Virus record (IMG/VR): IMGVR_UViG_3300045999_005873
Direction: 5' to 3' (one strand)
Origin: an uncultured virus (IMG/VR IMGVR_UViG_3300045999_005873)
Lineage: Duplodnaviria; Heunggongvirae; Uroviricota; Caudoviricetes
DNA length: 64,000 bases
The notes beneath the pieces are model-generated. The model did no database searches. It was not told where the DNA came from and saw only the letters and a list, made by a program, of their open reading frames with translations. Made by a program: the position numbers and the translations under genes. Positions 1 through 8,290 of the stretch are shown here, piece by piece (the stretch's first letter is position 1; every line of letters starts with the position of its first letter).

Positions 1-80
1 GAAAGAGGACATGCGGTCTGCCGTGCGCAGCCCTGGGGCAGGGCACCCCCCATCGGTGGGGTAGCGTCGATGGGGTGCCC

Positions 81-269
81 CTGCGCCGGTGTCCTGGGAA
101 GACCGACCGCAGACTGCCGGCCTCGACTCCTCACACGAGTCTGCGCCGGTGTCCTGGGAAGACCGACCGCAGGCTGCCGGCCTCGACTCGCCACACGAGT
201 CTGCGCCGGTGTCCTGGGAAGACCGACCGCAGGCTGCCGGCCTCGACTCCTCACGCGAGTCTGCGCCGG
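81..269. repeat. 60-bp tandem repeat array 1 (~3.1 units)
   Basis: Unit CTGCGCCGGTGTCCTGGGAAGACCGACCGCAGGCTGCCGGCCTCGACTC(C/G)(T/C)CAC(A/G)CGAGT starts at 81, 141, 201; partial at 261. Confidence 0.98.
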
Positions 270-318
270 AATTTTTCAAGGCCGGGCGCAAGAAAACCCG
301 ATCGGTAGCGTTACCCTA

Positions 319-347
319 TTGAATCCGTCGAAGGGGTTCGGTAGAGT
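319..347 (+). promoter_or_regulatory. Putative sigma70 promoter of GP88-like gene
   Basis: TTGAAT-17 nt-TAGAGT, followed by 8-bp hairpin GCGGCCGA-TTG-TCGGCCGC (356-374). Confidence 0.55.
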
Positions 348-403
348 TTGCACATGCGGCCGATTGTCGGCCGCGGATTTTCACCAAGAGAAAGGGATAA
401 ACC

Positions 404-1303
404 ATGAAACTTGCAACCCGTAAAGCTGCCCCCCGCGCCGTCCAAATCATTCGCGAAAACGGCTACACTGTGCGAATTTTCAATAAAAACTACGCCACGG
501 TTGAGGGTGGCCGGCTTCCCCACGTTGTCGGCGTCAAGAAGCTTTTGGGGGAGGGGGATAGCAACCCGAAAACAAAGAAAAACAAAGTAGCAACCCGCGG
601 TCTTTCATTGTTCCCCCACCGCGGAATCGGATTCGGCAACGTCTGCCAGTTTGCGAAAAACTGTGTGGCGACGTGTCTGGCCCACCAAGGCCAAGGGGAT
701 GTGCCGAGTGTGGCCGGCGCGCGGGTTGCAAAAACGGTTCTGTACCACATCGCAAAGGATTGGTTTCTGAAGAAGCTTCACCGAGAGCTAGACAGCTTTC
801 GACGTAGCCGGCCGGACGATGTGACGGTTGGGGTGCGGTTGAATATGTTTTCAGATATCCCGTGGGAAGAACATGGCGTAATAGATGCACACCCCACGAT
901 CTCCTACTATGACTACTCGAAAAACCCCGAAAGATTCGGCCTTGTTCGTCCAAATTACTGGGTGACGTTTTCGCATGATGGCACGAATACTGAAGACAGT
1001 TTGCGAGTTTTGCGCGCGGGCGGAAACGTATCGGTAGTGTGGCACACTACCGAATCCGATCTTCTCGCGACGTTTGGCAATTCTTCCGCGTGCGGAAAAG
1101 CCGCACATCGTCAACTCCTCCCCGAGTCTTGGAACGGGTTCGAAGTTATCGACGGCGGGGAGACGGATTGGCGGTGGGAAGACCCGCGGGGGGTCGTGGT
1201 GGGGCTGCGCCTCCTCGCGAAAACCTACAAAAGCCGGAACAATGCTATCCGGTCGGGCTTTTCGCCCGCCGTCGACACTCGTCTGCCGATACTCGGCCGA
1301 TAG
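404..1303 (+). CDS. GP88-like phage protein (Cys cluster, radical-SAM-like)
   Basis: CQFAKNCVATC, RLNMFSDIPW, YDYSK, TFS, VIDG..D.RW.D..GVVVGL motifs typical of the GP88 family. Confidence 0.75.
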   Translation: MKLATRKAAPRAVQIIRENGYTVRIFNKNYATVEGGRLPHVVGVKKLLGEGDSNPKTKKNKVATRGLSLFPHRGIGFGNVCQFAKNCVATCLAHQGQGDVPSVAGARVAKTVLYHIAKDWFLKKLHRELDSFRRSRPDDVTVGVRLNMFSDIPWEEHGVIDAHPTISYYDYSKNPERFGLVRPNYWVTFSHDGTNTEDSLRVLRAGGNVSVVWHTTESDLLATFGNSSACGKAAHRQLLPESWNGFEVIDGGETDWRWEDPRGVVVGLRLLAKTYKSRNNAIRSGFSPAVDTRLPILGR

Positions 1304-1334
1304 GCCACTAGGCCAGACTCCCCACACCGGCGCA

Positions 1335-1885
1335 GACTCGCCACACGAGTCTGCGCCGGTGTCCTGGGAAGACCGACCGCAGGCTGCCGGCCTCGACTCC
1401 TCACACGAGTCTGCGCCGGTGTCCTGGGAAGACCGACCGCAGGCTGCCGGCCTCGACTCCTCACACGAGTCTGCGCCGGTGTCCTGGGAAGACCGACCGC
1501 AGGCTGCCGGCCTCGACTCCTCACGCGAGTCTGCGCCGGTGTCCTGGGAAGACCGACCGCAGGCTGCCGGCCTCGACTCCTCACGCGAGTCTGCGCCGGT
1601 GTCCTGAGAAGACCGACCGCAGGCTGCCGGCCTCGACTCCTCACACGAGTCTGCGCCGGTGTCCTGAGAAGACCGACCGCAGGCTGCCGGCCTCGACTCG
1701 CCACACGAGTCTGCGCCGGTGTCCTGGGAAGACCGACCGCAGGCTGCCGGCCTCGACTCCTCACGCGAGTCTGCGCCGGTGTCCTGGGAAGACCGACCGC
1801 AGGCTGCCGGCCTCGACTCGCCACCCGAGTCTGCGCCGGTGTCCTGGGAAGACCGACCGCAGGCTGCCGGCCTCGACTCGCCACC
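1335..1885. repeat. 60-bp tandem repeat array 2 (~9 units)
   Basis: Same unit as array 1, starting at 1351, 1411 ... 1831; preceded by a 17-bp perfect inverted repeat (1324-1362). Confidence 0.98.
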
Positions 1886-1967
1886 CCCGACCGCAGAAAC
1901 CCACACCCCGACCGCGGAAACGATAGGATACCCCGACCGTGGAAACCAGAACCCCGACCGTGGAAAC
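1885..1967 (+). repeat. Four copies of 16-bp CCCCGACCGYRGAAAC
   Basis: Copies at 1885, 1906, 1931, 1952, just before ATG 1971. Confidence 0.9.
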
Positions 1968-1970
1968 CAT

Positions 1971-2252
1971 ATGAAAATCGACACCGATGAATGGCTGCCC
2001 GTGATCGATGCCGGCCGGCTTGCCGGCCTCGACAAAACAACCGCGCTGCGCCTCGCGCGATCACTGGGGATCGTGGAAAACTTTTTCGGCGTGAATGTCG
2101 TGCGCAAAACCGATGTTTCCACCCTGGAAAAGAACCGGCGCGCCCGTGGAAACCCCAACTGGATCGAATCCTGGGAGGGTGCCGCGGCCGATGGTGCAAA
2201 AGGCACGCCCGCCCGTATGGCGAAACGAGCACCCCGTACCGAGAAACGATAA
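1971..2252 (+). CDS. Small HTH (excisionase/MerR-like) DNA-binding protein
   Basis: WLPVIDAGRLAGLDKTTALRLA HTH-like pattern; resembles 9190-9480. Confidence 0.55.
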   Translation: MKIDTDEWLPVIDAGRLAGLDKTTALRLARSLGIVENFFGVNVVRKTDVSTLEKNRRARGNPNWIESWEGAAADGAKGTPARMAKRAPRTEKR

Positions 2253-2320
2253 GTTTTTCTCACGCCCCCAAGTGTCCAACAAACAAAAACCCCGAGATAT
2301 TCGCAGAAAATATTCTAGAC

Positions 2321-2348
2321 TTGACCGACCGTTTGACGATGCTACCTT
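2321..2348 (+). promoter_or_regulatory. Putative sigma70 promoter of early gene string
   Basis: TTGACC-16 nt-TACCTT in AT-rich gap, followed by CACATGCGGCCG as at 351. Confidence 0.5.
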
Positions 2349-2410
2349 TACCACATGCGGCCGGGTGGTCCCGACCGGCGAAACGATAACCCCGATGGAG
2401 GAAACGAGCG

Positions 2411-2713
2411 ATGACCAAACTGGAACGCGAACTACTGAAAGAATGCCAGACCATTGCCGCGGCCGATGGCATGCGCCTTGCCGATGTTCTCCGCGACTGC
2501 CATCGCTTCTGGTGCGGTGCTGGTCGCAGCATCAAGCCGCGGGGCTGGGCAGCCCGCGCCGCGGCCGCTGCTCGACTGGTTGCCCGTGCCGCGGTGATCG
2601 ACGGCCACCGGGAAATCGGTGCCGATGCGGCCCTGGAAGTGGAAAACTTCGACCGCCTCACGACCGCCGAGCTTCACGACCAGTTGGCCTACCTTGCAGA
2701 CTTTCAAGGCTAA
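2411..2713 (+). CDS. Hypothetical protein
   Basis: GGAGG RBS, conserved leader. Confidence 0.7.
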   Translation: MTKLERELLKECQTIAAADGMRLADVLRDCHRFWCGAGRSIKPRGWAARAAAAARLVARAAVIDGHREIGADAALEVENFDRLTTAELHDQLAYLADFQG

Positions 2714-2796
2714 CAGCTACCGTAAAAGACAATCGGTCGCCGGCACGTTGCCGGCGGCACCCCGACCGTGACAACCCCGACAGAGGAAACCAGACG

Positions 2797-3117
2797 ATGA
2801 CCAGCTACACGATCACGACCATCTACCGAGCCCCGACAGCCCGCTACGGGGCTCGCATGGAAGCCCGCATCGATGACGGCGCGCCTACCAAGATGGTTAT
2901 CGCATACCGTCACGACCTTTCGCCTACGGACAATCATGCCGCCGCGGCCATCGCGATGGCTGAACGTCTTGACGATCCGAGCGAGTATGCCGGCGGGCAA
3001 ACGATCCCAGGCGTCTGGGCCTGGGTGCCGCTCGTTGTCGCGGTCACGCCGCTGGTAAACGTGACGGCTGGCAGGTGCTATCTCGGCAAAACAACCCGTG
3101 AATGGAAGACCGCCTAA
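2797..3117 (+). CDS. Hypothetical phage protein
   Basis: GAGGA RBS; ITTIY.APT..YGAR...NH..AA pattern common in phage early genes. Confidence 0.7.
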   Translation: MTSYTITTIYRAPTARYGARMEARIDDGAPTKMVIAYRHDLSPTDNHAAAAIAMAERLDDPSEYAGGQTIPGVWAWVPLVVAVTPLVNVTAGRCYLGKTTREWKTA

Positions 3118-3187
3118 TCCCCGGCCGCAGGCACGTTGCCGGCGGCACCCCGACCGTGACAACCCCGACAGAGGAAACGAGACGATC

Positions 3188-3463
3188 ATGCAAAACGAAA
3201 ACCCCCAACACACCCCCGGCCCGTGGAACGCTTATCTGCCAGACGCAGACAGCGAACACTACTACGAGGTTCACGACGGCTACGGTCGCACCGCGACCGT
3301 CTACGGAGACGATTCGGAAGCCGCCGCAAACGCTCGACTGATCGCAGCGGCACCGGAGTTGCTCGCCGCCCTGCGGCTGTATTTCACGGCTGACTCCGAG
3401 TCGTTCGTGACTGCTGCTTTGGCCGCGATTGGCAAGGCAGAGCGAGAGGCACTGATCGATTGA
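3188..3463 (+). CDS. Hypothetical phage protein (HTPGPW...ANARLIAAAPELL family)
   Basis: Widespread phage motif; conserved leader. Confidence 0.8.
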   Translation: MQNENPQHTPGPWNAYLPDADSEHYYEVHDGYGRTATVYGDDSEAAANARLIAAAPELLAALRLYFTADSESFVTAALAAIGKAEREALID

Positions 3464-3522
3464 TTGATTGATTGACTCACCCCGACCCTGGAAACCCACA
3501 CCCCCAACGAGGAAACGATCCC

Positions 3523-4632
3523 ATGACCACGACCGCCACCATGCACCACCTTGCGAAGATTGCCGCCGCCGGCCTGGGCCGGAAAGCTTCCACCATGACA
3601 GACACCCGACACGGCACCACGTTTGCCGATGCCACCAGCGGCGAAGTGTGGGTATCGGTCGTGGCCGATGCCGCCGCCGATGATGCCGAGGGTATCGTCG
3701 GATCGATCACGCCGGCCCCCGAGTGTGGGGAAGTCGCCGCGGCTGCGATGATCTCCGGCCGCGATCTGCGGAGGATCATCGACGGTGTCGTGCCGGCCGT
3801 CGATACCGAAACGAGCCGCTACGCTCTCGGCGGTACGCTGGTCGAGATTGCCGAGGGATCGATGCTGAACGTCATCGGCACCGATGGCCGGCGGTTGCAT
3901 GCCGGCCACGTTCAGCCGGTGTCGATCAGCGGGCAGGCTGCGCCCATCGTCCACGCCGATCACTGGTCGGCCCTGGAGGCATCCATCCGCGCCCTGGTCA
4001 AGAGTGTCTGCGGTGCCGCCGGTCGCCGCCTGGATGCCGTGATCGACCGCGGCACGGTCGGCATCTCCGTTGCCACCCATGCGACCACCGGAGGGCATGT
4101 GGTGTCGATCAAGTGGCAGACCGAGCCGGCAGACAGCCACGGCCGTTCGATCAGCGTCACGGCCGTGGCCGTGGCCGTGGCGGGCCGGTTCCCGCGGTGG
4201 CGGGATGTCATGACCGAGGGCGGGCAGCGTCTGACGGTCGATGCCCCCGCCGTGGCAGCCGCCGCGGCCGAGTTCTCCAGGCTTCACCGCGCCGCCGAGA
4301 AGGTCGGCCGTGCCGCCTGGAAAGCCGAGCAGGCTGAGAAGAAGGCCCGCCGGCAGCCGACCGGCCCCGACTACCAGATCGACCGCGGCATCGACTGCGG
4401 GCCGGCAGGCATGGCCGGATGCGGTGTGGTGTGGGCTGAGACGATCCCCACCGCCCCGGTGTCGGTCAGGCTCGACCAGCGGTATCTGGTCGATGCCCTC
4501 GCCGCCGCCGCGGCATGGGGCGCGACGAGCGTCGAGGTGACAGGCACCGACAAGCATTCCGCGGTGACGATCACCACGGGCGAGCATGGGCCGCGGCTTG
4601 TCGCCGTGATCATGCCCCTCTGGGTCGATTGA
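3523..4632 (+). CDS. DNA polymerase III beta sliding-clamp-like protein
   Basis: A.D.ETSRYALGG, GTDGRRL, GRFPRWRDV, LDQRYLVDAL, C-terminal VIMPL. Confidence 0.8.
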   Translation: MTTTATMHHLAKIAAAGLGRKASTMTDTRHGTTFADATSGEVWVSVVADAAADDAEGIVGSITPAPECGEVAAAAMISGRDLRRIIDGVVPAVDTETSRYALGGTLVEIAEGSMLNVIGTDGRRLHAGHVQPVSISGQAAPIVHADHWSALEASIRALVKSVCGAAGRRLDAVIDRGTVGISVATHATTGGHVVSIKWQTEPADSHGRSISVTAVAVAVAGRFPRWRDVMTEGGQRLTVDAPAVAAAAAEFSRLHRAAEKVGRAAWKAEQAEKKARRQPTGPDYQIDRGIDCGPAGMAGCGVVWAETIPTAPVSVRLDQRYLVDALAAAAAWGATSVEVTGTDKHSAVTITTGEHGPRLVAVIMPLWVD

Positions 4633-4718
4633 TTCCTACCGTGCAACACAAACCCCGCCGGCACGTTGCCGGCGGGGCAGACCCCCGAGCATCGAAACCC
4701 CGACTGAGGAAACGACAG

Positions 4719-5693
4719 ATGACCACAGCAATCAAGGATTTCGGAAAGAAGATCGGCGGCGCGGCCAAGGATCGCGCCGCGGCCCGGTGCGGCGAAACGA
4801 GCGGAGAGACGGCGACCGACACGATCACCCGCCGCCGCCGGCAGCCCCGCCCGCCGCGGTTCGGGTGCTATTGGATCAACCCGCAGGTGGGCTATGTGCT
4901 GCTGCGTCAGGGCGACAAGGCGCGGAGGGTGCTGAAGACGTTCGCCACGGTGGGCGAGGCCCGCGGATGGTGGGCTGAAGCGACCGCCACCCCCGACCGC
5001 GGCCTCGCGACGTTTCTGGAATTGTGGGAGGCCGCAAAGGCCCGCGAAAACGTCACCGACGAATGCCTGCGACGGCCGGTCAACCGAGCCCGCGCCGGCG
5101 TCGATCACCGGGCCGGCGGCAACGTCACGCCCGAGACATTCCTCGCGACGTTCGGAGCCTACGGGGTCGAGTTCGGCAATTGGCAGACCGACCGCCACGC
5201 CTGCCTGAATCGCACCACCGATGCCCTGCTCGACCTCGCCCAGGTCATCCGGTGGCAGCCGGCCGCGATCACGTTCCACGGTCGGCTGGCTCTCGCGTTC
5301 GGAGCCCGCGGTCATGGCAAGGCGGCGGCACATTACGAGCCGGGGCGGCGGGTGATCAACCTGACCAAAACCGCCGGCGCAGGCTGCCTCGCGCATGAGT
5401 GGTTCCACGCCTACGATCACGCCGCGACGAGCCTGGACGGGGGCAGCGGCTACACCGGCACGGCTGGCCTGCGGCACCTCGCCGCGGTGCTGAACGGCCT
5501 GCCGATGGCTGCCCGGTCGCGCGATTGGTGGAACCAGTTGAGCGACCGCGAGGTGCCGGCACCAGAGGGGATGCGGGAGTTCCTGATCGACTTCACCGAT
5601 TGCCGGCAATGCGACTGCTGCGGGCAGATCGCCCGCCCCTATTACTTCCCGATCATTTGCTCCCCCGAGCAACTGTGCTGCGATTGTGCGTGA
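4719..5693 (+). CDS. Large-polyvalent-protein (LPD)-associated zincin-like protein with Cys-rich tail
   Basis: DFGKKIGGAAKD, GVEFGNW, LAFGARG, AHYEP, INLTK..GAG.LAHEWFH. Confidence 0.75.
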   Translation: MTTAIKDFGKKIGGAAKDRAAARCGETSGETATDTITRRRRQPRPPRFGCYWINPQVGYVLLRQGDKARRVLKTFATVGEARGWWAEATATPDRGLATFLELWEAAKARENVTDECLRRPVNRARAGVDHRAGGNVTPETFLATFGAYGVEFGNWQTDRHACLNRTTDALLDLAQVIRWQPAAITFHGRLALAFGARGHGKAAAHYEPGRRVINLTKTAGAGCLAHEWFHAYDHAATSLDGGSGYTGTAGLRHLAAVLNGLPMAARSRDWWNQLSDREVPAPEGMREFLIDFTDCRQCDCCGQIARPYYFPIICSPEQLCCDCA

Positions 5694-5778
5694 TTCCCTG
5701 CCGGCACGTTGCCGGCGGGCGGGAAGGATACGAAACTACACTACCCCCGGACGGGGGAAACCTAAGAGGAGACGAACG

Positions 5779-6012
5779 ATGAGCCTGCGAGACGAGATTC
5801 TGGCCGTGATGCGTGACGGCTCACGCATTGATCGATTCCTAGAAATAACCTGCGTGGACGATCCGCCGTGCAATCTGTTTCTGACAACCAAGAACACCGC
5901 GGTCGTGCAGTTCGCGGTGCCTGTCTGCGACGGCGAGACGGAGGGCGATGAGGAGGAGGCCGCCGATGCGGTCATCAGCGAGGCCCGCGAGTTTCTGATG
6001 GAGAATGCCTGA
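5779..6012 (+). CDS. Hypothetical acidic protein
   Basis: GAGGAG RBS. Confidence 0.7.
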   Translation: MSLRDEILAVMRDGSRIDRFLEITCVDDPPCNLFLTTKNTAVVQFAVPVCDGETEGDEEEAADAVISEAREFLMENA

Positions 6013-6112
6013 AGACCCCCCGCTACCCCCGGCCGGCGAAACGCTGGCCGGGGACTGCGGCGGGCCAGCGTGGCCCCGAGCGTAGACAACACTAGAGACG
6101 AGGGGAGCGACG

Positions 6113-6541
6113 ATGAACTGGGACAACTTTGATTGGGATCAGTTGCCTGCGGACGCGGGCCAGACCGTGAGCGTGGAGTATTCGTGCGATTGGGAGTCGA
6201 GCACCATCTACCGCAAGTCGCACGACAAGAGCGACCGCACGGTGGCAGTCGAGCAGGCGACGATTACGGGCGGCGAGTACGAGCCGCAGAATGGCATCCT
6301 GCCCGAGCACGGCGAGTGGCTGCCTGCGGATGCCGACGAAGCCCTGGCGATCGCCGGCCTCGTGTGCGGCCGGAACGTCGAAGAAGACTCCAGCGGAGGG
6401 CAGGGACATTGCTGGAGGCTCGTCCGCGGCGACGAGATGCCTGCCTCGATTCGCGAGGAGATCGAGGCCGAGATGATCGACGGTGGCGTCGATAGCACTG
6501 ATGACTACATGGCTAGCAACGGCTGCCACTACCGCTGGTAG
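6113..6541 (+). CDS. Hypothetical highly acidic protein
   Basis: GAGGGG RBS; D/E-rich. Confidence 0.7.
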   Translation: MNWDNFDWDQLPADAGQTVSVEYSCDWESSTIYRKSHDKSDRTVAVEQATITGGEYEPQNGILPEHGEWLPADADEALAIAGLVCGRNVEEDSSGGQGHCWRLVRGDEMPASIREEIEAEMIDGGVDSTDDYMASNGCHYRW

Positions 6542-6630
6542 TGGCAGCCGTGCCGACCACCCCGGCCCGTGGAAACGAGAACCCGATTACCCCCTGCCGC
6601 CCCGAGCGGCGAAACACTAGGAGAGAGACG

Positions 6631-6825
6631 ATGAAACGCGAATATGTAGCGGTTCTGGACGGCGACGGCCGCGGCCCCGACGAGATCGTGCGGTCCTGCG
6701 TGGCTTCAAGCCGGAAGATTGCCGAGCGTAAGCTCAACGGCGATCTCTACTCGGTGATGACACGCCGGCAGGCCGAGGCCCGCGGCATCCAAGACCTTCG
6801 CGAGCGGACACGGTTCTGCCGCTAA
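6631..6825 (+). CDS. Hypothetical protein
   Basis: Hairpin-GAAACACTAGGAG leader. Confidence 0.65.
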   Translation: MKREYVAVLDGDGRGPDEIVRSCVASSRKIAERKLNGDLYSVMTRRQAEARGIQDLRERTRFCR

Positions 6826-6870
6826 CCACACCCCAGCCGCCCCGAGCGGCGAAACACTAGGAGAGAGACG

Positions 6871-7110
6871 ATGAAGACGAAAACGCTGCTGACACTGAAG
6901 ACGCGAACCTATGCCGTTGGCATTCACGGCATCAGCGGTCAGGCGACGGAGGAGGGCTGGCTCGACGCGGGCACCCCGATCCGAAACGTGCATGAGACGG
7001 GAGCCGTTCACCCCTTGGACGGGATGCCCTGGTATCGGTTCGATGCCAGCACCGACGGTGGCAGAACATGGTTCACGCAGGAGGTCTGCGGCGAGCCCAA
7101 GACGGTCTAG
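6871..7110 (+). CDS. Hypothetical protein
   Basis: Leader identical to that of 6631. Confidence 0.7.
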   Translation: MKTKTLLTLKTRTYAVGIHGISGQATEEGWLDAGTPIRNVHETGAVHPLDGMPWYRFDASTDGGRTWFTQEVCGEPKTV

Positions 7111-7178
7111 GCCGGATCGTGGGAACGAGAGCACATAACCCAGCCGGCCCCGGCCGGCGAAACACTAGGAGCACGACG

Positions 7179-7655
7179 ATGAAGACGATCAGCGACAGAA
7201 ACGACCTGCGGCGAGAGGTGAACGATCTGATGGGAAGTGCCGCCGATGAAGCGGTCATCGATGCAGCGACCGATGCGATATGCGCCGACGGTGATCGGCC
7301 GCGGTATGGCGATGACTGGCAGGATTACCTCGAAGCCGTCGATATCTGGGGGGTGTCAGCGGGTAGATTCTACGCCGTTCCAGGCAAATTCTTGGCTGTG
7401 ATCGTCGATGAAGAAAACTCTGCCGAAATCTGGTGGCAAGAAGTGCGGTCGCGGTGGCCGATGTTCGCCCGGTCGCTGACTGCGAACGGCTGCGCCGTGA
7501 TCACGGCTGGCCTGCTAGACGAGTTGAAAACTGCCCCTGGCTATTTCGACGGTCCCGAATACGCTCCGACCCCGGTCATGGATTACGGCGTCGATGATTC
7601 TGGTTTTACCGATGCGACTGACGGGCCTTATGGAGTTTTTGAATCACTGTGCTGA
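7179..7655 (+). CDS. Hypothetical acidic protein
   Basis: Conserved leader with AGGAG. Confidence 0.7.
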   Translation: MKTISDRNDLRREVNDLMGSAADEAVIDAATDAICADGDRPRYGDDWQDYLEAVDIWGVSAGRFYAVPGKFLAVIVDEENSAEIWWQEVRSRWPMFARSLTANGCAVITAGLLDELKTAPGYFDGPEYAPTPVMDYGVDDSGFTDATDGPYGVFESLC

Positions 7656-7734
7656 TCTGGCGTGTTGCCGGATCGTGGAAACGATAGACCACAACCCTAC
7701 CGCACCCGTGCGGCGAAAACAGAGGAGAGAGACG

Positions 7735-8013
7735 ATGACGACGATGATCTATTCGGTTGGCGATGGCATGGATGCCGTCGCGGCGATGGGGGCCGTGCGC
7801 GTCGAGGCCGACGCCGATGAGTTTTTCGGCGGCCCCGACAGCAAGCCGTACCGCTCACGCATCATGGCGAGCCCGACCTGGGGCGACCTCATGAAGTGCG
7901 CGAAGGAGCAGGCCCGCAGGACACTTGACGAGCACCATGTGTTCGTCGAAGGCATCGAGTTCGTGCGGAAGGACGAGAATGTGACCGTGATTCGTTTGTG
8001 CCTTGGATCGTGA
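7735..8013 (+). CDS. Hypothetical protein
   Basis: Conserved leader; D.HHVFVEG motif. Confidence 0.7.
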   Translation: MTTMIYSVGDGMDAVAAMGAVRVEADADEFFGGPDSKPYRSRIMASPTWGDLMKCAKEQARRTLDEHHVFVEGIEFVRKDENVTVIRLCLGS

Positions 8014-8054
8014 CCGAATAACCCCGACCGTAACAAACCCAGGAGACCCCGACC

Positions 8055-8234
8055 GTGAAAAACCGAGTGACCCCTTACGAGGCCGGCTGGCTGACGTTCT
8101 TGGTCAGCAGCGGCATCGCCTCCGAGGCGGCCTGCCGCGAGGCGATGAATCGCGTGGCCCAGGACGCCCTCGATGAGATCAACCGCCTGCGGGCGGCCAG
8201 GAAGAAGGCTGGCAAAAAACGCAAGGACGATTAG
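8055..8234 (+). CDS. Small basic hypothetical protein (59 aa, not in ORF track)
   Basis: AGGAG RBS, GTG start, open to TAG 8232-8234. Confidence 0.55.
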   Translation: MKNRVTPYEAGWLTFLVSSGIASEAACREAMNRVAQDALDEINRLRAARKKAGKKRKDD

Positions 8235-8290
8235 GCTACTGGTCGATAGTTCAATAGGCTACGAAGCGACACTTCACAAGGAGACTCCCC

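Noticed and set aside
81..1885. CRISPR or TIGR-type guide array
   Set aside because: Units are contiguous and differ at only 3-4 positions; there are no unique spacers, and no cas or Nop-domain gene was recognised
70..2263. Long repeat-derived ORFs (851-2263 -, 1225-2232 -, 1074-1607 +, 70-423 +)
   Set aside because: They follow from a stop-poor 60-bp unit, overlap better-supported genes, and one frame is broken by TGA; translation is not excluded but is unsupported
5726..5744. GGATAC-N7-CACTAC (and GGCCAC-N7-GACTCC at 1303) as CTAC-motif copies
   Set aside because: Core CTAC is mismatched; kept out of the motif count pending a matrix scan
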